64,000 bases of DNA from Oikopleura dioica (GCA_907165135.1 OU015567.1:1922001-1986000); one strand, 5' to 3'. Shown: positions 12,923-25,588, counted from the first letter of the stretch. The notes: generated by a model not told the origin, from the letters alone. Numbers and translations are program-made.

Positions 12923-13310
12923 CACGTGGTCCAATCATTGGACCACGGCGACTTTGACCCCCTGTAATTCCAATTCTAGTAATCTTTTTGACCTGAATTT
13001 TGTAATGTGAGTTGACAGGACGGAAACGAACCACTGTGAGAAATTTCGAATGAAAACTCAAAAGTGGTGGCGTTTTGCGCCAGATTTCTCTTTCACTCTT
13101 TGGTGGAAAATCAGAGCTGATTTTTCGATTTGCAATTAAAAATTTTTATAAAAGAAGGTTCAAGCTTTCTAGCAATGAATTTACGAGCTTTTTTACTTGA
13201 CGGAAACGTCAATTAGAGCCAAAAGTCCTGAGCGCTATTTTTCACACTCTGAATTTGGCGCGCCGCGCGGGGCTGGATAATGCATTGTGGTCCAATAATT
13301 GGACCCCGTG
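12923..13310. mobile_element. MITE with self-palindromic TIRs
   Basis: CACGTGGTCCAATCATTGGACCAC (12923-12946) and GTGGTCCAATAATTGGACCCCGTG (13287-13310) are imperfect inverted repeats. Preceded by TA; the right flank is TT, so the TSD is imperfect. Confidence 0.6.
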
Positions 13311-14267
13311 TTTTGAGCGCTTAGTCGCGCGCCCGTGTAATGAGAAGTTAAGGATTTTTTTGTTTTTATGCTTTTTCGCAAGAATCATCTTTCATTTCGA
13401 GCGAAGAAAGTAAATATCAAATACATGTATTGGGACTTGATTCTTGACGATTTTTAAGATTTATGGCGCTATTTGGGAATCGCCTGGTAAATCGATGGTT
13501 TTTACGAATTTCGCGGCACCTGTGGTAAACTATCGGTAGGCTTATTTCCAACTATCGTTTTCACCAATCATTTCAGCAAGAAAATGAGCCGTAGATCTAT
13601 GATTTATGAGCAGATTTAACTTCGCTAATTCCAGGCAAAAAAGGACACCGTAAGATAAGATATCTGTGTCAGAATCTCCCCTTTCCAGCAATTTATCAAG
13701 AGAATGATTAATTTCCGAAAGTAGCGGAACCGCGACGAATTTTTCCATCTCATTGAGGCACGGACCGACGTCTTGAAGTTCGATCTTTTAATAGCTCCAC
13801 CGCTAAAAATAGGAAATCGGGGATAATTTTATTCTGACTGAATTGGGCGTATTTACTGTATTTTGAGAAGGTTATTATTGAGCCACTCAGCCCCGAAGAT
13901 CCGAAAATACTGCTCTTGATTCAGAATCGTTTCCTTCGAAATAGATGACTTTAAATTTGATGGGAATAAAAATGTAGCGCAAGAAATGTGGAAAATTGCA
14001 GCCCACTTATATTTTTCTCAAATTTTGCCAATGAGAAACTGCAATTAAAATTCTTCTGGAACTTCCGAGTACAATTTTTCGCATGGGAAAGCTTTGATTT
14101 ATTGAAGCGTGATGATGAAGAGCTCAAATAATGCTTTTTTTCTACAGGAAAATATGTTAATGGCCTTGATAAAAGTCAACTTTTACTGAGATTATTCTTT
14201 ATTTCGCTTGCTCATTATAAAAGGCAGTAGGAATCATAGCTCTTGATTTCAAGGGTAGGACTGAATT

Positions 14268-16374
14268 TCAGTACTTTAAGTAGAAGTTTCGAATAAGGGT
14301 ATCCTCAGCGGCGCTAATATCTCTATTCGAAGCCATAGCTTTGAATTCGCCAACCAGAACGTAGTCGGTATAGTAATCGTCAAAATGATAATATTCGCCG
14401 TCGCGACGAATAAAAACATCCGTCCATCGCGGATTATTTACATAAAGTCTTTGCATTAGTAAGAAAGTGAACCATTCGCCTGGAACGCACTCCCATGGAT
14501 ATGATCCACCATAATCTCCATTTGTGCCTCTGCTGAATGTGACAGTGATTTTGATCCTTTTGAGGTTGATCGCGAAGCATTGCCCTCTCCAGATTCATTC
14601 GTGATTTGCACGAGGTTGATAAAGTCGTCTGAATCTGCATGGGCGCAGCGCATATCAACAGATATGTCGTATTCAATTGTTTCCGCGGTAAGGTTGGCGA
14701 GTTGAAGGTTTTTGACGGGATTAATCGTGCAAGAATCAAAGAAAGTCACGCAGTTGTCTTTACCATCGCATGGGTCATCGCCAACGCAGGGTTCCAAAAA
14801 AATATCGTTTAGATGGGGCTGAATTTCTGATTTTATCCTACAATATAAGGGAAGGTCTGATAAAAGAAGATTCTGATAAGAGTGTCGTCAGCAGCGAGCC
14901 AATCTTTATTCGACGCGATCACTTTGAGTCAGAGTTGCAAATTTGCTGAGCTGAGTGAGCTGAGCTGGCTGAGTGAGCTGAGCAGCTCAGCTCAGCTTAG
15001 TGATTTTGGAAAATGATCTGATCTGCTCAGCTCAGCTCAGCTCAGACAATTTTCACTCAGCTGAGCTCAGCTGAGCTCAGCTCAGCTCAATTATTTTCGA
15101 ACATGATCTGTTCTGCTCAGCTCAGATCAGACGATTATCACTTAGCTCATCTTAGCTCAGCTCGATGATTTGAATACAATTTACTACCAAAAAACAGTAA
15201 AAAACAGCTCATCTCAGCTCAATCAGCTCAGCTAAGCTCTAATTAGGCTCTGCTCAGCTCAACTCTCTTGAACAAAAGGTCTGCTCAGCTCAGCTCCGCT
15301 CAATGACCTCTGAAAAAGGCCAGCTCAGCTCAGAATCCTCCAAAATAGGCCAGCTCAGCTCAGCTCAGCTCAGAGAAATTTTTACTTAGGTCAGCTCAGC
15401 TTAGCTCAGAAAAATTAATCAAAATTTCCAACCCTGCTTTGAGTTCTTCTCCTTCTAGAACTCTGGCGGTTCGAGTTGGTCTCTGGTAGATTACTTTTTC
15501 GTTGACTTTAACAATCATGTTGGTCACAGCATTGTTCGTTTCAATTTGTTTCTGCTCGAGTTTGATAGTGTACCATTCCCCTGGAACGCATTCGAATGGG
15601 TTAGTTCCTTAATAATATCGTGGAGCATCTGGATTGTTGAAAGAAACAGTCATTCTGTTATCAGGTTGGCGGCTAACAGCGAAGAAACGGTGTCCTGGAT
15701 GGATGGAGACTCGTTAGTGATCTGCACGAAGTTTTTGTATGATTCTGTATCGGAGTGAGAGCAGAGGACATCAACAGATGTGACGTGGTTGACCGAGGCT
15801 GTGATGTTGGTCAGTTGATTGTTTTTTATCGGGCGGACTTCACAGGAATCGAGAAAAGTCTCACAGTTTTCTATACCAAGGCATCGGTCGTCACCAACGC
15901 ATGAAGGGCAAATGGGGTTGTCGCAACCGACACATCCGTTAGGGCAATTTTCTCAACAAGGGCAATTGTCGAGGCAAACAAGAAATATTTCTCGTACTCG
16001 AATCTGTACTTTGAATCTTACTTGCGTATTCTCGTTCGCAAATAGATTGGCAATATTCTGTTTTACACAGAAGTCGACAGCGATTGTATTCAGCTCTGCA
16101 TAAGGCTTCGCATTCTTGTTTCAAATCGATATCGCTAAAAAATTTTTTGGAATTAAAAATCAGATGGTCTTGATTTCGGGTCTCTGGTTGGGAGAAAAGG
16201 GAAGCTGAAAGGATGTAAATACACTGACGGACAAGTCTCTTCCTGAGGGACGATAAGACCCCTGCCGGAGTAGATATTGAGCGGGTTTCCGAAACGATCC
16301 TCATCGAAATCACCCAATTGGCATGGTCGACCGCATTCACCTCCGAAAAATAGTAAAAACTGAAGAAAAATCAT
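14268..16374 (-). pseudogene. Disabled secreted protein gene: Cys-rich module + two tandem beta-rich domains (CVGDD.C...ITNES...ECVPGEW...ASN...LIR.F)
   Basis: Reconstructed as MIFLQFLLFFG...ETCP|DIDLKQECEALC...EREYA|ICLDNCPC*ENCPNGCVGCDNPICPSCVGDDRC.... It has an in-frame TGA and TAA, a -1 frameshift after ITNES in each domain copy, and a hAT MITE inserted in the first domain's coding sequence (EGEELK|VIASNKDW). Confidence 0.8.
14930..15436. mobile_element. hAT-type MITE filled with (GAGCT/AGCTC)n pentamer satellite
   Basis: Exact 8-bp TSD CTTTGAGT at 14922-14929 and 15437-15444. TIRs CAGAGTTGCAAATTT / AAATTTCCAACCCTG (13/15 match). The interior is dozens of CTCAG units that switch orientation near 14985. 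Confidence 0.92.
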
Positions 16375-16891
16375 CTTTCGCCTCAGATAGATGGTGGATA
16401 TGAAACTATAGCCGGAAAGGCATGCTACATGTAAGATAAATATCATGGGATCTAAACTCAGGCAATGCTTTTTACACGAACAAGTTTAAATTTTATTTAA
16501 CCGACCATGCCCTTATTTGGAAATAAGGAACATTTTCCAAAATGAGGAATAAAAGTTAACGAGGCTTTCATTTTTGGAAAGCCCTTATTTATCGTTGTCG
16601 AGACAGGCTCCCTTATTTGGGTGTTCATCAACAAGCCCCATCCACTTTTCACGAGATTTTTTTTCTTCTTCTTGGCACTTTGAGATTTCACTCGACACAT
16701 TTTTATTGCGACAAGAAAAAAAACTCAAAAACCCTTTTTTTATTTTCACTGTTTCACATTTTTGTTTCAAAGATGAGCTTGTTTACTCGAAGATTTGTTC
16801 AGGTATGAATTTTTAATTCTTATAAAAGACAATTTTGAAGACGATCTTTTATGAAGAAAAAATGTATAGTGATACCCTTATTCAAGATATA

Positions 16892-17465
16892 ATGAAATAC
16901 TCAACCCTAGTTTATGTCTTATCCCAATTTACGCCCATTTTTCTTCGATAGAATTTCATCACGAGCCAGTTCACACGACAGTTGTCAGTGACGCACAGAC
17001 ACTTTGGACTTTTGTTCACAGATGATCACGAGTGGGTCAAGGTCGACAACGGCGTTGCTCTGATTGGCATTTCTCAACACGCTGCTGATGCACTTGGTGA
17101 TATCGTTTACGTCGAACTGCCCGAAACTGGTGAAGAAGTTTCAAAAGGAGGTTTGAAGTAGGTTTTTTGATAGGATAAGAATTTTTGTTTTAGATGACAT
17201 CGGAGTCATCGAGTCCGTCAAATCCGTCGGAAACATCATCTCTCCAGTGAGCGGCGAAATAACTGAAATCAACGAAGAACTAGCTGATGATGCTGCTGTT
17301 GTCAACCGATATCCTTTCGAAGAAGGTATTCAGATGATTTAACTAGATTTTGAAGTAAAATTTTAAGGATGGCTTGTAAAAATCGTGATGTCAGACGAAA
17401 GCGAGCTGGAAGAATTGATGGATGAAGAGAAATATGCTGAATTCTGCGCGGAAGAAGCTGGCTAG
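16892..17465 (+). CDS. GCSH: Glycine cleavage system H protein, mitochondrial
   Basis: MKYSTL|[12 protein letters not shown] transit-like leader. [30 protein letters not shown]|[10 protein letters not shown] (lipoyl-Lys) ..[23 protein letters not shown]|GWLVKI. Three GT-AG introns of about 42 nt. Confidence 0.95.
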
Positions 17466-17720
17466 TAGCTGTTACAAACATGTTTTGATTGCATAATCGA
17501 ATCACCTTTTTGTCTGCCAAAAGTAAAATAGAATTTGAAAATAAATAAGTCTGTGAAAAAAATGTTGATCTTGAGCTTCCAAGGGCAATAAAAGCGTTTT
17601 ACAACGGTCCTTTGACTTCTGGTACGCTAGAGGATTAGTGGTGATAATTAGAAATTACTCATTACTTCAAAAAAAAATCTTCAAAAATCAAAGTACAAGA
17701 GAAACAAAGCAACAGGCAAG

Positions 17721-18520
17721 ATGGTGAGGCGAATGTCAACACAAGAAAAAAGGCTTGACTATGCAATTTACGAAGCAAAAGTCGAAAAGCGTCAGCAAAA
17801 TTATCTCCCTCCTGTTTACTCAAGCCCGCCCATGACAAAAATAGAAGACGCAAAACAAGCCCAAAAGATTTATGAAAACGGCGTGGCGGAGCTTTTGGAT
17901 CAGTACGAAGAAATGCTGGTCGAAGAAGGAGACTTTTTGGTTTTTGCGACTTTGTTGAATCCGCTGATGGCGATTCCGGCGAAGTGGGAGTTGGAGAAGG
18001 CGAAGGATATTTTCAATGAGGTGAATTTTGCGGCTGGAGCTGGGGTTGATTACGATGATTCTGTGAAAGTGGTAATGCTTCAGAAGAAGATGAAGAAGAT
18101 AAGGGATACTACAGGTATACCGGTGTATATACAGTGTATCTAACTATTTAGGCTCACCATAAAACAAGTCATATTCTAAATTTTCCGTAGAAAAAGCAAA
18201 GAAAGAATGCTATACAGCAATAATTGCTGTCCTCATTATGGCGTTTGCTTTTCTTGTCGTCGGCTGGTTCCATATCTTTGGAATTCTAGCGTTCCTCTTG
18301 ACAATCTTGTACATCGTTGGGGTGAGCATCTGGTTCATCTTCGGCAAAAAGCTCACTGACAAGAAACGAGACAAGAAGCAATTCGAAAAGGTAAGCAAAC
18401 ACCATAAATACCATAAAAATCATAACATTATTCTAGCGACAAGACTTGCTTCTCGAAATGATGGCGAACAGACTTGCTAGGCAGATTGAAGAAGATGTAA
18501 CTGATGAAAATTACTTGTAA
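17721..18520 (+). CDS. Uncharacterised membrane protein (about 2 TM near the C-terminus)
   Basis: The 140-aa ORF splices in frame (DTT|EKAKKECYTAIIAVLIMAFAFLVVGWFHIFGILAFLLTILYIVGVSIWFIFG...QFEK|RQDLLLEMMANRLARQIEEDVTDENYL*) through GT-AG introns. I recognise no family. Confidence 0.6.
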
Positions 18521-19267
18521 AATAAACGACCATTTATGAAAAAAATCATCTTGGAACGTAATCGAAGCTTCTTTTTGTTACGAAATTTTCGCTCAAGATG
18601 AAGTCTAAATGGCGAAAGTGACAAATTTCGTTCTTGTTCAATTTGCGTGTCTTAATATTCACGAATATAATCGGCTGCGAGAGGCATGTCTATGAAATTA
18701 TGTCGGTTTTGCTCGGTGGTGGTGGCGCCTCGTGGCCAGATCCAGCGCCGCGTTTAGGGAATGTTTTCTGTCTCGTGAAGTCCACATCCTGGTTGAAGGC
18801 GGACCACGAACTCACTAGCAACCGGGAGGTGAAAAAAATTGTAAAGAGAAAGAAGAGACTATTTGACTGATTTGGGATGAAACTGATTGGGTTTTGCTGG
18901 GCCCTTCTTGCGGCGAGGGCCCAGGCTTTCGGGCCGAATTTCTTTAGTCAATGGACTCAAAGGTCTACTTCAGGTAACTTGAGAACTTTTACTTATATGC
19001 TGACCTTGTCACTTATATAAAATTTATTACACCTTTCTTAATTGCTCAAGTTCTTGCGCTTCTGATCATAATTAGGTGGTGCAACTAATACCAATACAGC
19101 TAAAAATGGTTTTGTTCGAGACTCAAATGACTGTTCTATTAAAATTCTTATCTTGACAAAAATTGGTAGTATTATGGTTTTTAATAAAGACTCTATATAA
19201 TTTCCACCAAATGAGGTTTTCATATCATTTTTGCAAAAAAAAATCAAGTATCAGTGTAACGCTTTCT

Positions 19268-22200
19268 ATGAAAAATGTGACCTTTCCATTGACCGTGAAA
19301 ACGATTCCATATTCAGCACCTCATCTCAAAATTCTTTTCAGCAAAAAACTTCGCAGAGGCCAACACAGCGAATGGCCTCCTCCCTACGGGTCTTATCTGT
19401 CACGATACTGTACCTAACAGTGGTTCACGATTCATGGTCGAGCGGATCATCAACGGGACCACTGCTGGAACAAACTGGCCGTTTATCGTTAGAATCAAGG
19501 TCGACAAGATGTTTCTCTGCGGCGGAGCAATTTTGAACGAGCAGTGGATTGTGACTGCAGCGCATTGCTTGAGAAACATGAATCACGTGGTTGTAACGCT
19601 CGGGGATCGCTCAAAACTGTTCCAAGAAGAGGACGAGATTCAAGTCACTCCAGATCATTTCTTCATCCATCCGGACTTCAACCCTACCAGTATGGTCAAC
19701 GACGTCGCTCTGATAAAACTCAACAAAGCCGTCCCCTTCACCGAGAAAATTCAACCTGTTTGTTTGGCGAAAACAGTTCCAGCTCCTGGAACAAGCTGTT
19801 TTGTCGCTGGCTGGGGAGCGACAAGCCAAGGTGGAATGAGCTCGGAACGACTTTTGGAAGCGAAAGTAGAAACCATCCCAGATCACCATTGCTCGTCCAG
19901 CCAATCGTACGGAAGCTGGTACAAGAAAGAAACTATGCTTTGCGCTGGAAAATTCGATGAAGGAGGAACTGATTCTTGCCAAGGAGATTCTGGCGGGCCA
20001 TTGATTTGTGTCGAAGGAAATGTCCCAGTTTTGCAAGGAGTTGTCTCCTGGGGTGTCGGCTGTGCTCAGCCGAAGAAACCAGGAGTGTACAACAGAATTG
20101 CAAACTCCCGCCTTTGGATTGAAAAATCTGTCTGGCTAGGGCAGCCAGCTGATCCAGCGACGCTCGAGGATGAAATTATCATGCCCGAGCCAACTACGAC
20201 GCCAATGTTTACACCGCCGAAAAACGCGCCTCCAGCTACGATGCCGCCGATGAAAGGAGCTCTTTTTGCGCCGAACTTGCGCTGCAGTGCGAATACGATT
20301 GATGATCGATACGGCTCTCGGCTTTATAGAAGCATGATCACTGCAGGTCTCTTCGACCGGATCATTCTAGGGCAACAGGTCGACACTAACCACTGGAAGT
20401 GGATTGCCAGTCTTCAGGGAAATTGCGGAGTTACCTTGATTGCTGAACGGTGGGCTTTGAGCGCGGCCCATTGTTGCAGCCCAAGTGTGATTGGCAAGCC
20501 GATCACATTCGGAACGACAAAATTGGATGGAAGCGGAAAAGACACGAAGACGGTGACAATCGTTGATTTCCAGAACCACGAGCAATTTGGAAATGTAGGA
20601 GGGCATCGAGGAGCTTTTATCAATGATATTTGCTTGTTGCAGCTTTCTGATAATGTCAAGGTATGGCAATCCCTCTTGCTAGGATGAAAGATCATCAATT
20701 TTAGGCCAATGCTAACATCGGCCCCGCATGTCTTCCGAGCAAAAGAATCGACGAAAATTTCCAAGGTGAATGTTTCATCGCTGGTTGGGGAACCCTCGCC
20801 GAAGGAGAAATGATCCAGCCCGACACCCTTATGGAAGCCGCAGTTCCTCTCGTCAATCATGCGAAATGCTCGAAGATATTCAAAGCGTCCGTTCTCAAGG
20901 AGCACGAAATGATGTGCTTTGGCGGAAATCAAACTGACTCGTGCCAGGGAGACTCTGGTGGACCGCTGATTTGCATCGAAAATGGAGAACCAGTGCTGCA
21001 CGGAATCACGAGTTTTGGAAAGGGATGCGGCCGGGCTGGATTTCCAGGAATTTATGTTCGGTAAGTTCTATCAAAAAAAACTGCCCAATCATGATTTCAA
21101 AAAATTATTTTTTTATATTTAGGGTGTCGTCATATATCGACTGGATCGATTCTACTATCCAGCGTATGCTTGCCAGAACAAGTTGTGGAGCAGTTCGATC
21201 CGCATACCAGGTAAAATTAATCCTAAAATAGTAGACCCTCCATCAAAATACAGTGACGGACGTACAGTTAATCTAATTACCGCCCAGCTACTCCACTATA
21301 AATAATCGCTGGTTTCACTAATCACCTTTTATGTGGGAAGGTCCAACTAATGAGCAATTTTAAGGTTGTTGGTAATGATGTCAGAATCGACTGCGCTGCA
21401 AATAAGGATTGTGGTTTTAAATTTTCGAAAGTCGGAAAACAGAGAAAAATTTATAAAACCTGAACAGTGTACCTTCTCATGTACCTCTGCTGGAACGTCA
21501 CCAACAGTGAAGAAAGTCCGATGCATCAATCCCCGAAAGCAAAGATGGCTTCCTCCCTCGCCAAAAACCGGAGTCATCAGATGTGAGGATCTGACGAAGA
21601 AGAATGCTTGTGGACCGATTTCCTCCCTTTTCCCCGTAATATTTCTCGAGAACAGCTTGCGTGTCTTACGCTTTCCTTTTCTAGAGTATCGATCCTTTGG
21701 CAAGTGTCAGCTGCGACGGTGGAAAGTTCTGCGAGGTCAAGTGTCCGGAAGGAAGCGCTCCTAGCCACGAGAAGATCACGTGTGTAAAAGTCGCGATTCG
21801 AAAAACCTTCCCACCCGCTGTAAGTAAACACGACTTCTTCTCTTTCAGATTTTTCTCTTCAGGGGACACCGATCCAATGCATCAAGAACGCAAAACCAAA
21901 AGAAGAATCAACTGAAATCACGAAAGCGACGCAACATCCTCGTGATCAGCCGTTCACGAACGCTGAGAAGCCAAGAATGGGCTGTCGAAATATTCGAAAG
22001 CATCAAGCATTCAGGCAGTTTTTCAAGAAAAATCCCCACATTGGGGTCGATTGTCAGCCGAAATGCTCGAACGGAAGAGCTTGCAAGCGTCCTGATCAGT
22101 CTCACTGCTCGTAAGTCTTTAAAAATCAGTCCTTTTCCTCATTTTCTTTTAGATTTTTCTGTCTAAACGGCGCGTCAACAAATCCTCCCTTCATCGCTCG

Positions 22201-22273
22201 CTGCGAGAAGAACAAGAAGACCCGTCAATTCCAATTTGTCAATCGTCTCACCCAATTCAAGCCCCGATGTTAA
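19268..22273 (+). CDS. Tandem trypsin-like serine protease (two S1 domains + C-terminal Cys modules; ovochymase/polyserase-like); start codon uncertain
   Basis: Domain 1: R|IING, TAAHC, NDVALI, DSCQGDSGGP. Pro/Thr linker. Domain 2: R|IILG, SAAHC, NDICLL, DSCQGDSGGP. Both keep His-Asp-Ser and the S1 Asp. Then repeated C..K.C.F.C...P...V.C modules ending in FKPRC*. Confidence 0.92.
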
Positions 22274-22612
22274 ACATGAATCCAGCATGTTTCATCCCTT
22301 TTACACGCGCTGCTCAAAAGTGTGAGGTCACGATATTCTTGATCAACTTGATCGCACATTTTTGAACATTTTAAAAAGCAACATTTTCATGCCCGAAAAT
22401 TGAAAGTTGGATCTTGTGCTTCAAAATTGGCCATTTGAAGCACATTTGCCTTTTCAATTTGTTTTGTACTGTACATAAATATCCAAATAAATTATTAAGA
22501 CTTCTAATTATTCTTCTCGCCAAAAAGAAATCCCGCGAATATATTTTTGTAATCGAAGCAAATTGCTATTTTTGTGCAGATTTATTTACAACATTGTTTT
22601 ATCAAAAAATAT

Positions 22613-24375
22613 TCAACAGCTCCCCAGCGATCGAATCCGGCCATCACAGCATTTTCTCCTTTGAAATGAATCAATTTGAGCCCAGAGAGAATTCCTACCT
22701 GTCAGGATTGTACAGTTTCATATTTGGATAGTCCCCGCAGCACTTTGGCTCAGAAGGGATGAACGGTGTTGTCGGTGTTTTTGGAGTAGTTGGTGATGTT
22801 GCCGATGGTTTTTTAGGAAGCTCGATTTTGGGAGCAGAAAATGCTGATTTTAGCACCGGAGCATCCTCGATAAATTTCCCAAAGATTCTTGAGCTGCCAC
22901 CTTCAAAAAATAATAGAAAGATTTCCACTGATGATTTTTACCTGATGTCATTTTGATGGGTTTCGATCGCTCGTCCTTTCCCGTGACAGGGGGACTAGTA
23001 GCGGTCAGGCCATTGAAAAGATCCATCAGTTCTTCCATATCAATATTTAGGTCATCGTAGTTGAAGGGTTCCAAAGCCACCGTATTTGGCTCTGTTGTCG
23101 ACTTATGAGGATAAAAAGCAAATTCCTACAAAGTAAAACACCCTCTATTTGTATCCTGGCCTGATAATAATCTGGATTTGAGGAAAACGTCTCAAGATCA
23201 GCTGTTGTTGTTGAAATAGTCTCAGTTGTTGTGGAAGGAATAGTCGTTGTTGTTGTCATTTTCTGAGTCGGTATTTGATGACTTCCGTGCTGTGCTCGGC
23301 AAGATTCTTGCCGATCAAAACCCTAAATTGAAAGAATAAATACAGAAAAAGACCTTCAAGAGAGACAAATTTTAGACGGCGATGACACTTACATTGATTC
23401 CCGAATAAGATGGATTGAACAAGTGCGCCTTCTGCACCAGCTGCCGCGCCAGATCGGCTTCGCACTCGCATAAATTTCTTGAGCACGAGTTTAGAGGGTC
23501 TTTACAAGAAATGTCACGGGCGCCTTTATTCAAGGTCCATTCGTAAGAGGTTTCGGAGATGTTACACCCGTCGTAGCCTATTTAGCGGATTTCGAAGCTT
23601 TTTCGTTTCTCGTGGCTTAGGTTAAGCCCCGAAAATCGAGAGACAGCAAAAATGGTCAAATTTTTCGACATTAAAAATCCGGTAGCTAAGCAGCTCTTGC
23701 ATAATTGAAAATTCTTGCAAATTTCATCGAGCTCATCAACCGGCTGTCCATGAAGAATCTCTTTGTCTTGCTGATTTGGCAGACAGAAGCAGCCGTATTC
23801 CTTAAGAAAAAACGCATAAAGCCCATTTACCTGGTATTGAAATTCAAAGTCGTCTTGCATCTTTGAGTAGTCGTACAGAAGTGCGCGGATGTTGAGCTTT
23901 TTGAAAAGCGACAGGGCGCCCGGGATGTTTTTTGGAAGAATTCGCGAGTTTTTGGAGTCGAGTTTTGATCCAATCGAGGTGAATTCGTCGAATTCTGTTA
24001 GATGCTCGTATGGGAGAAATTGGAAGTTGTCGTTAAGATATCTATAAAATAAATATCGTCTTTTTTGAGGTCTTTTTTATTGAAAATTTGGGTCGGATGG
24101 GTTAATTTAAAATAAAGACCGATCAAATGTCAGCGTTTACTCGCTTGGCCAACCAGATTTCAGAAAAAATATCAAAAAATTTAAATATTTTGTCGATTTT
24201 TCTTATAATTCGAGCCACCACTCAAAAAAGTAGCAAGTAAGTTCCAAAGAGCTAAGTTACTAAACCTGTTAATTCCATCTCTAGAATTCTCAAAAGCAGT
24301 TCTCAGCTCTCTAACAGTAAGTTCCCCCACAACGAGTCCACAAAAAAGAGCGTTAGAAAAAAGGGCTGTTTTCAT
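22613..24375 (-). CDS. Secreted phospholipase A2-like-domain protein with a Thr/Pro-rich stalk and a C-terminal CCG.YP Cys module
   Basis: EYGCFCLPNQQDKEILHGQPVDELDEICKNFQLCKSC...CSRNLCECEADLA follows the sPLA2 Cys framework. TTTTTIPSTTTE stalk. EPKCCGDYPNMKLYNPDR|RKCCDGRIRSLGSC*. Assignment of exon 1 (MKTALFSNALFCGLVVG) is less certain. Confidence 0.75.
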
Positions 24376-25105
24376 GATTGAAAAATTTCTTGCTCAGAAA
24401 TCGCCAATCCTTTACTTTTTCTGCACTGTTTGAAAAACTGCGGCTTATAAAATCTTTTGCGGAAAGGAATCGCACGTGGCGCGCGCTATAACGGTGGCGC
24501 TAGTAATGATTTTTCATGATAAAATTTGTCAAAGCCCCTCGCAGTGGTTTTTAAAAGCCTCGAGTAAGGAAATTTTCGAAGAAGACGATTTTCTAACATG
24601 AGACTTTTCTTGTCTAATTTTGAAAAATTGCTTTTTTAGGTCTTATTGCAGTTTCAACTTTTATTTAAAAAATTCATCAGTACTTGCATTTCCCAAAAAA
24701 AGTATCCTTGAAGGGTACAATCTCCTCATTCTACAGAAAACTATCCCATTAAAACGAAAACTAAAGAAAACTACAGACATAAATGGATAAAAACGGTAAT
24801 TTTTCAATCAGGCATAAATGTGCAGTTATTCATAATCCAAACTAATGCGTTTATCTCCCACGAGCATTGACTAAGACCCTTCGATCCCTTATTCTTATCG
24901 TTTAAATAAGATAAGTCTGTCCGCCTGTTTTATCATTTATTTTTGACGTCTACGTACTCGGAAAAGACGATTTCCCCTCCTCTTTCAATTATTCATCATC
25001 TCCATAAATACGCTCTTTCAATTATTGAAGACCCTTTCTGGCGCTAGAATCGCCATTTAAAAGCAAGAAAACGCTTGCGATTCTCAACAAATCAGCGAGA
25101 ATCAA

Positions 25106-25588
25106 ATGGAGACACTTTCCGGCTCGAGAACTGCCAAGCGAGAGGGAAATCCTACAAATGTTGACCCTCGAAAGGTAAGGTCTATTTCTCAACCAACAAT
25201 CGACAAGCCATTCTAGAGCTATTTGCAAATGGGTTCTAGCAAGAAGATGAACTTCGAAACAACCTCTGGAGCCACAGCTAAATCTGGCACTGGACCTTCC
25301 AGCGTTTCTACGCCTAGAGGCCCCGCGGTAAATTAAAATCATGAATTTAGAAGTGAATATTTACGACTGTTTGTTTAGTCAAAGAGCTTGCGCCAGAAGT
25401 TCATGCAATCGAACATCTCTTTCGGCCAAGAGAAGACGACTTATCAACGGGACTCGCAGCAGCTTGGGCGACTTCCCCGATCGAATGAGAAAATCGCCAA
25501 CGATTTTAGACGCTCTCGTCGTTCTAATCACATTTCACCGTTTCTAGTGTTTAGCGTTTCTGTTTCTTGTTTTAAAAATCAGAAATAA
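25106..25588 (+). CDS. Hypothetical small spliced gene
   Basis: METLSGSRTAKREGNPTNVDPRK|SYLQMGSSKKMNFETT...PRGPA|SKSLRQKFMQSNISFGQEKTTYQRDSQ can be joined by two canonical short introns. No homology recognised. Confidence 0.35.

Noticed and set aside
13330-13800. Coding-looking frame with several in-frame stops (IELQDVGPCLNEMEKF...)
   Set aside because: No homology recognised. It could be a relic but is unsupported.
16500-16885. Repeated CCCTTATT motifs; TAGTGATACCCTTATT shared with 53590-53605
   Set aside because: Possibly MITE-end fragments, but no paired inverted termini or TSD could be defined.
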